NCBI GenBank assembly: GCA_017964465.1
Contig: JAGCRY010000126.1
Location: 1,524 to 65,523 of the forward strand
DNA: 64,000 nucleotides
Direction: 5' to 3'
Origin: Bacteroidales bacterium
Lineage (GTDB): Bacteria > Bacteroidota > Bacteroidia > Bacteroidales > UBA3824
The position numbers and the translations under genes are program-made. Position 1 is the first letter of the stretch; every line of letters begins with the position of its first letter. Below the pieces are notes generated by a model, which made no database searches, was not told where the DNA came from, and was given only the letters and a program-made list of their open reading frames with translations. Positions 61,554 through 64,000 of this stretch are shown here, one piece after another.

Positions 61554-62591
61554 TTAAAGACGGGGGCAGGCGATTACGCTGTGGCGTTTCTTGGATCTTG
61601 CTTTGGGCTGGAATTCGTATTGAACAGAGAGTTCGTGGCTGCCGCCGGTTGAACTGAGGAGGTGTCCGATAGTGAAGTCGTAGCTGTATCCGATATGGAG
61701 ATTGAAGATTTTGTATCCGAGCAACACTGTGAGTGCGTCGAGGTTGCTGTAGGATTCGGCGCGGATTGCGACCGGAATGCCCCTGAGCCAGCATCCCAAA
61801 GTGAACGGGTCTTTGTGCCAGTAGCAGCCGAGGCTGAGGTTGTCGGATTGTTTTGTGAAGTCGTATAACAAAGTGAATGTAACGTTCTGCATGTCTTCCC
61901 TGCTCTGACGACCTTTTGCGGCGGTTTGCGGTGCGCCGACATAGATTTTTGCGCCGCCGAAGAGTGAAACTTTCATGTTTTCATGGTATGTGTCGTCATC
62001 GTAGAGCGATGCTTTAGGGCGCAGGAGGTGATCGACCGAGATACCTGCCCAATATTTGTCAGTGTAGAAACCCACGCATGAAACCTGCATGTCGAGATAA
62101 GGCTTGCGGGGGAGCGGGGGACGTTCATTTGTGGCGGTTTTTCCTATCTCGCCGAGTTCGTTAATCATGTCGGGGAAAATGAGTTTTTCAAAATCAACGC
62201 TTCTTTGGTTGTATTTTATGCCGATGCCCGGTCTGATAATCCATTCACGAGTGATGTTAGTCCACCAAGAGTAGCAAAGGTCTATTGTAGTTAGCGCGAG
62301 GCTACCTTCGCCGGCTTCGTCCCTGAGTACCATTAGACCGACGCCGCTATTAAGTTTGTGGAGGTTCTGGTCGTAGGCGATGGCGTAAGTATTGAAAGTG
62401 CCCACTTCCGGCCACTGGTTGCGGTAGTTAAGCGACACTCGGCTTCCCCAACATTCACCTGCGTATGAAGGCGCAAGGTACAGCGGCGCGGCGTAGAACT
62501 GCGAAAACTGTATTATCTGTCCTTCCGCCGTGTGCGTCCGGGCTGCTATCAGTGTTGCTATGGTTATAATATATATTAATATTTTTTTCAT
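61554..62591 (-). CDS. PorP/SprF-family type IX secretion system membrane protein
   Basis: Signal peptide, then QFSQFYAAPLYLAPSYAG and GGSHELSVQYEF, ending in ...ACPRL, as is typical for this family. Confidence 0.8.
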   Translation of the reverse strand: MKKILIYIITIATLIAARTHTAEGQIIQFSQFYAAPLYLAPSYAGECWGSRVSLNYRNQWPEVGTFNTYAIAYDQNLHKLNSGVGLMVLRDEAGEGSLALTTIDLCYSWWTNITREWIIRPGIGIKYNQRSVDFEKLIFPDMINELGEIGKTATNERPPLPRKPYLDMQVSCVGFYTDKYWAGISVDHLLRPKASLYDDDTYHENMKVSLFGGAKIYVGAPQTAAKGRQSREDMQNVTFTLLYDFTKQSDNLSLGCYWHKDPFTLGCWLRGIPVAIRAESYSNLDALTVLLGYKIFNLHIGYSYDFTIGHLLSSTGGSHELSVQYEFQPKARSKKRHSVIACPRL

Positions 62592-62677
62592 AACGGTACT
62601 CTATTTTTTGCTCGTATCTTATTTGATAACGTTGATGATGTTTATTTATTTTATGCCATTGGATTTTTTTTGAATTG

Positions 62678-64000
62678 TTATTCATTACAAAGCTCCGGCA
62701 TACGCTTGCAGATTCGCTCCAAAATTTTTGCCAAATCTTGCGCTTGGTACTCTATATCTTCGGCTAAAATGTTAATTTGTGTTGTATTGAGTCCTGAGTA
62801 TTCGTTATTTAGGGCAGATTGAAGTTTTTTGCGGTTATTTTGAAGCCGGTCGAAATCTTCTTTGATATATTCCACGTCCTCCGTCATGCCGTCTGGGAAG
62901 TCGTTGTCGAAATGTCGGCGTAAAATTTTTTCTTTTTGGAGGATTGTGAATACTTGGTCGCGTGCGTTAGAGACTGTGGCGTCGAGTTTTTGGGCGGCGA
63001 GGCGGTTGTTTTCGTCCTCCTGACGCTGCATGTAGTCGTTGATGACTGCGTTTGCTTTTTCGCGGCACAGTCGGCAGTATGTGGAGTTCACGTCGCTCTT
63101 GAGCTTTTCACAGAAAGACGCCGCCTCCGCGCTCGGGCGCATTGTTTTGAGCTGGTTGATTTTCGAGGCGAACACTTTGGTGTATTGTTCGTTTTCGATT
63201 GTTGTTATGAGGGAGCGGAGTTCGGCGAGAAAGATGTTGTCGCCGGCGTTTTCGGGGAATTGGATTGAATGGAGGACGGCGAGCGTCTTTTCATTTTCTT
63301 CGGGAGTGCGGTTTTTATGGTCGTCGCGTGATTCGTCGATGGCGAGGGCGGTGTTTTTGATGTTTTTGAGGTTGTTGTCGCCGTCGAGGTAGCCTTCGGC
63401 GTTTGTGATGATGGTCTGGTAGGTGGGCAGGAACTCGTTTTGGAACACTGGATTTTTGCCAAACTCGTTAATGCGCGATTTCATGGTGGCGCGGAGTTTC
63501 ATGTAGTTCTCAAAAATTTGCAGGAACATCGGCCTCATGTCGTCCGTGATGCGGTTTTTGGTGTTGAGGGTGTAGTTGTTTATGCTCGATTTGAGCGTTA
63601 CAAAGTCATTGAGGTAGTCGATGAGTTTGAGTTCCTGTGTGTAGATTTCCGCGCTGAGGAGCGAATTTTCGTATGCCTTCTTCACTTTTGCAAGCCTTGC
63701 ATCCACGGTCTCTGACGTTGTTTGGTCGCCGATGACGGGGTCGGAGACGTATTTGGATTTGTAGTTCACAATCACCATGAACGGATATTCAGTGCATTTG
63801 ATGAGCGATGCAATCTTGTCGCGGTCGAGTTTGGGATTGTCGTTTTCGTCTATGTATTTATAAAGTGGTTCAGGGTCGATTCCTGCCGAGCCTTTCTGTG
63901 ACGGGATGAAGGAATAGACATTCACAGACGCGACTCTTTTGCTGAAACCTTCCTCCTCGTATAGACGGATTGTGGAGTTGAATTTATATTCCTTGTCGTT
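62678..64000 (-). CDS. Hypothetical, largely alpha-helical protein (N-terminus off the right window edge)
   Basis: The frame stays open upstream of the track's GTG 63925 to position 64000 (my translation: NDKEYKFNSTIRLYEEEGFSKRVASVNVYSF...). No signal peptide or T9SS CTD is visible in the part present. Confidence 0.55.
   Translation of the reverse strand, partial: NDKEYKFNSTIRLYEEEGFSKRVASVNVYSFIPSQKGSAGIDPEPLYKYIDENDNPKLDRDKIASLIKCTEYPFMVIVNYKSKYVSDPVIGDQTTSETVDARLAKVKKAYENSLLSAEIYTQELKLIDYLNDFVTLKSSINNYTLNTKNRITDDMRPMFLQIFENYMKLRATMKSRINEFGKNPVFQNEFLPTYQTIITNAEGYLDGDNNLKNIKNTALAIDESRDDHKNRTPEENEKTLAVLHSIQFPENAGDNIFLAELRSLITTIENEQYTKVFASKINQLKTMRPSAEAASFCEKLKSDVNSTYCRLCREKANAVINDYMQRQEDENNRLAAQKLDATVSNARDQVFTILQKEKILRRHFDNDFPDGMTEDVEYIKEDFDRLQNNRKKLQSALNNEYSGLNTTQINILAEDIEYQAQDLAKILERICKRMPELCNE

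Noticed and set aside
58241-61556. Could the heptamer and nonamer arrays (AATGCAT, ATTGACA, YACTTCAAT, AAATCAC) be CRISPR arrays or IS termini?
   Set aside because: The units are 7-9 nt with no unique spacers, far too short for CRISPR. No cas, transposase or integrase genes and no target-site duplications are visible.
1-64000. Search for tRNA, rRNA, tmRNA, riboswitch or SRP-RNA genes.
   Set aside because: I could not recognise any cloverleaf-compatible sequence or known riboswitch core in the intergenic regions by eye. This is a weak negative that needs tRNAscan or Infernal to confirm.

Overview
This 64-kb window looks like a chromosomal stretch from a Bacteroidota genome, probably order Bacteroidales. 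The evidence is T9SS type-A and type-B C-terminal sorting domains, a PorP/SprF gene, TAnnTTTG -7 promoter boxes upstream of many starts, and almost no Shine-Dalgarno sequences. I count about 50 densely packed protein genes. I recognised no rRNA, tRNA, CRISPR array, transposase or integrase.

Gene content, in order:
- A truncated LacI-family regulator on the minus strand (absent from the ORF track).
- Two tandem paralogous DUF285/BspA-type leucine-rich-repeat surface proteins with T9SS tails, plus a translationally coupled OM beta-barrel gene.
- A minus-strand string: BadF-type kinase, aroE-aroK fusion, aroA, mrdA, rodA.
- A giant periplasmic beta-propeller/Y_Y_Y sensor with a cytoplasmic GAF-PP2C (SpoIIE) output.
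- A DMT transporter.
- A plus-strand pheA-tyrA-DAHP synthase/chorismate mutase-aroD operon, preceded by a Phe/Tyr-rich leader peptide and attenuator.
- A minus-strand recX, REC-PAS-HisKA_3 kinase, REC-REC, CheA, CheW operon.
- hsp20, a LuxE-like gene, an XRE regulator, and pspA with a membrane coiled-coil gene.
- folD, ffh, 5-FTHF cyclo-ligase, an amidase-SH3 protein and an M18 aminopeptidase.
- A second propeller-PP2C sensor.
- An OmpA/PD40 gene with a 726-aa unknown.
- A LuxR regulator flanked by two copies of a promoter module, followed by a tiny type-B T9SS cargo.
- AMP nucleosidase, holA, a HAMP-GAF membrane protein, a CbpA-like J-protein, an ABC pair, nadD and a PfkB kinase.
- An HTH-less sigma-54 activator with a DUF58 gene.
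- PorP/SprF, and a helical ORF running off the right edge.

The best candidate for an undescribed system is the MCP-less CheA/CheW module wired to a REC-REC protein and a receiver-containing HisKA_3 kinase (21520-26836). The window shows no flagellar, pilus, methylation or receptor genes. Other notable signals are the aromatic leader-peptide attenuator, the aroE-aroK fusion, the two propeller-PP2C sensors, the duplicated promoter module with a possible small RNA, and a family of short-period G-free or C-free tracts and heptamer arrays between genes.

All protein family calls rest on motifs read by eye. No database search was run.
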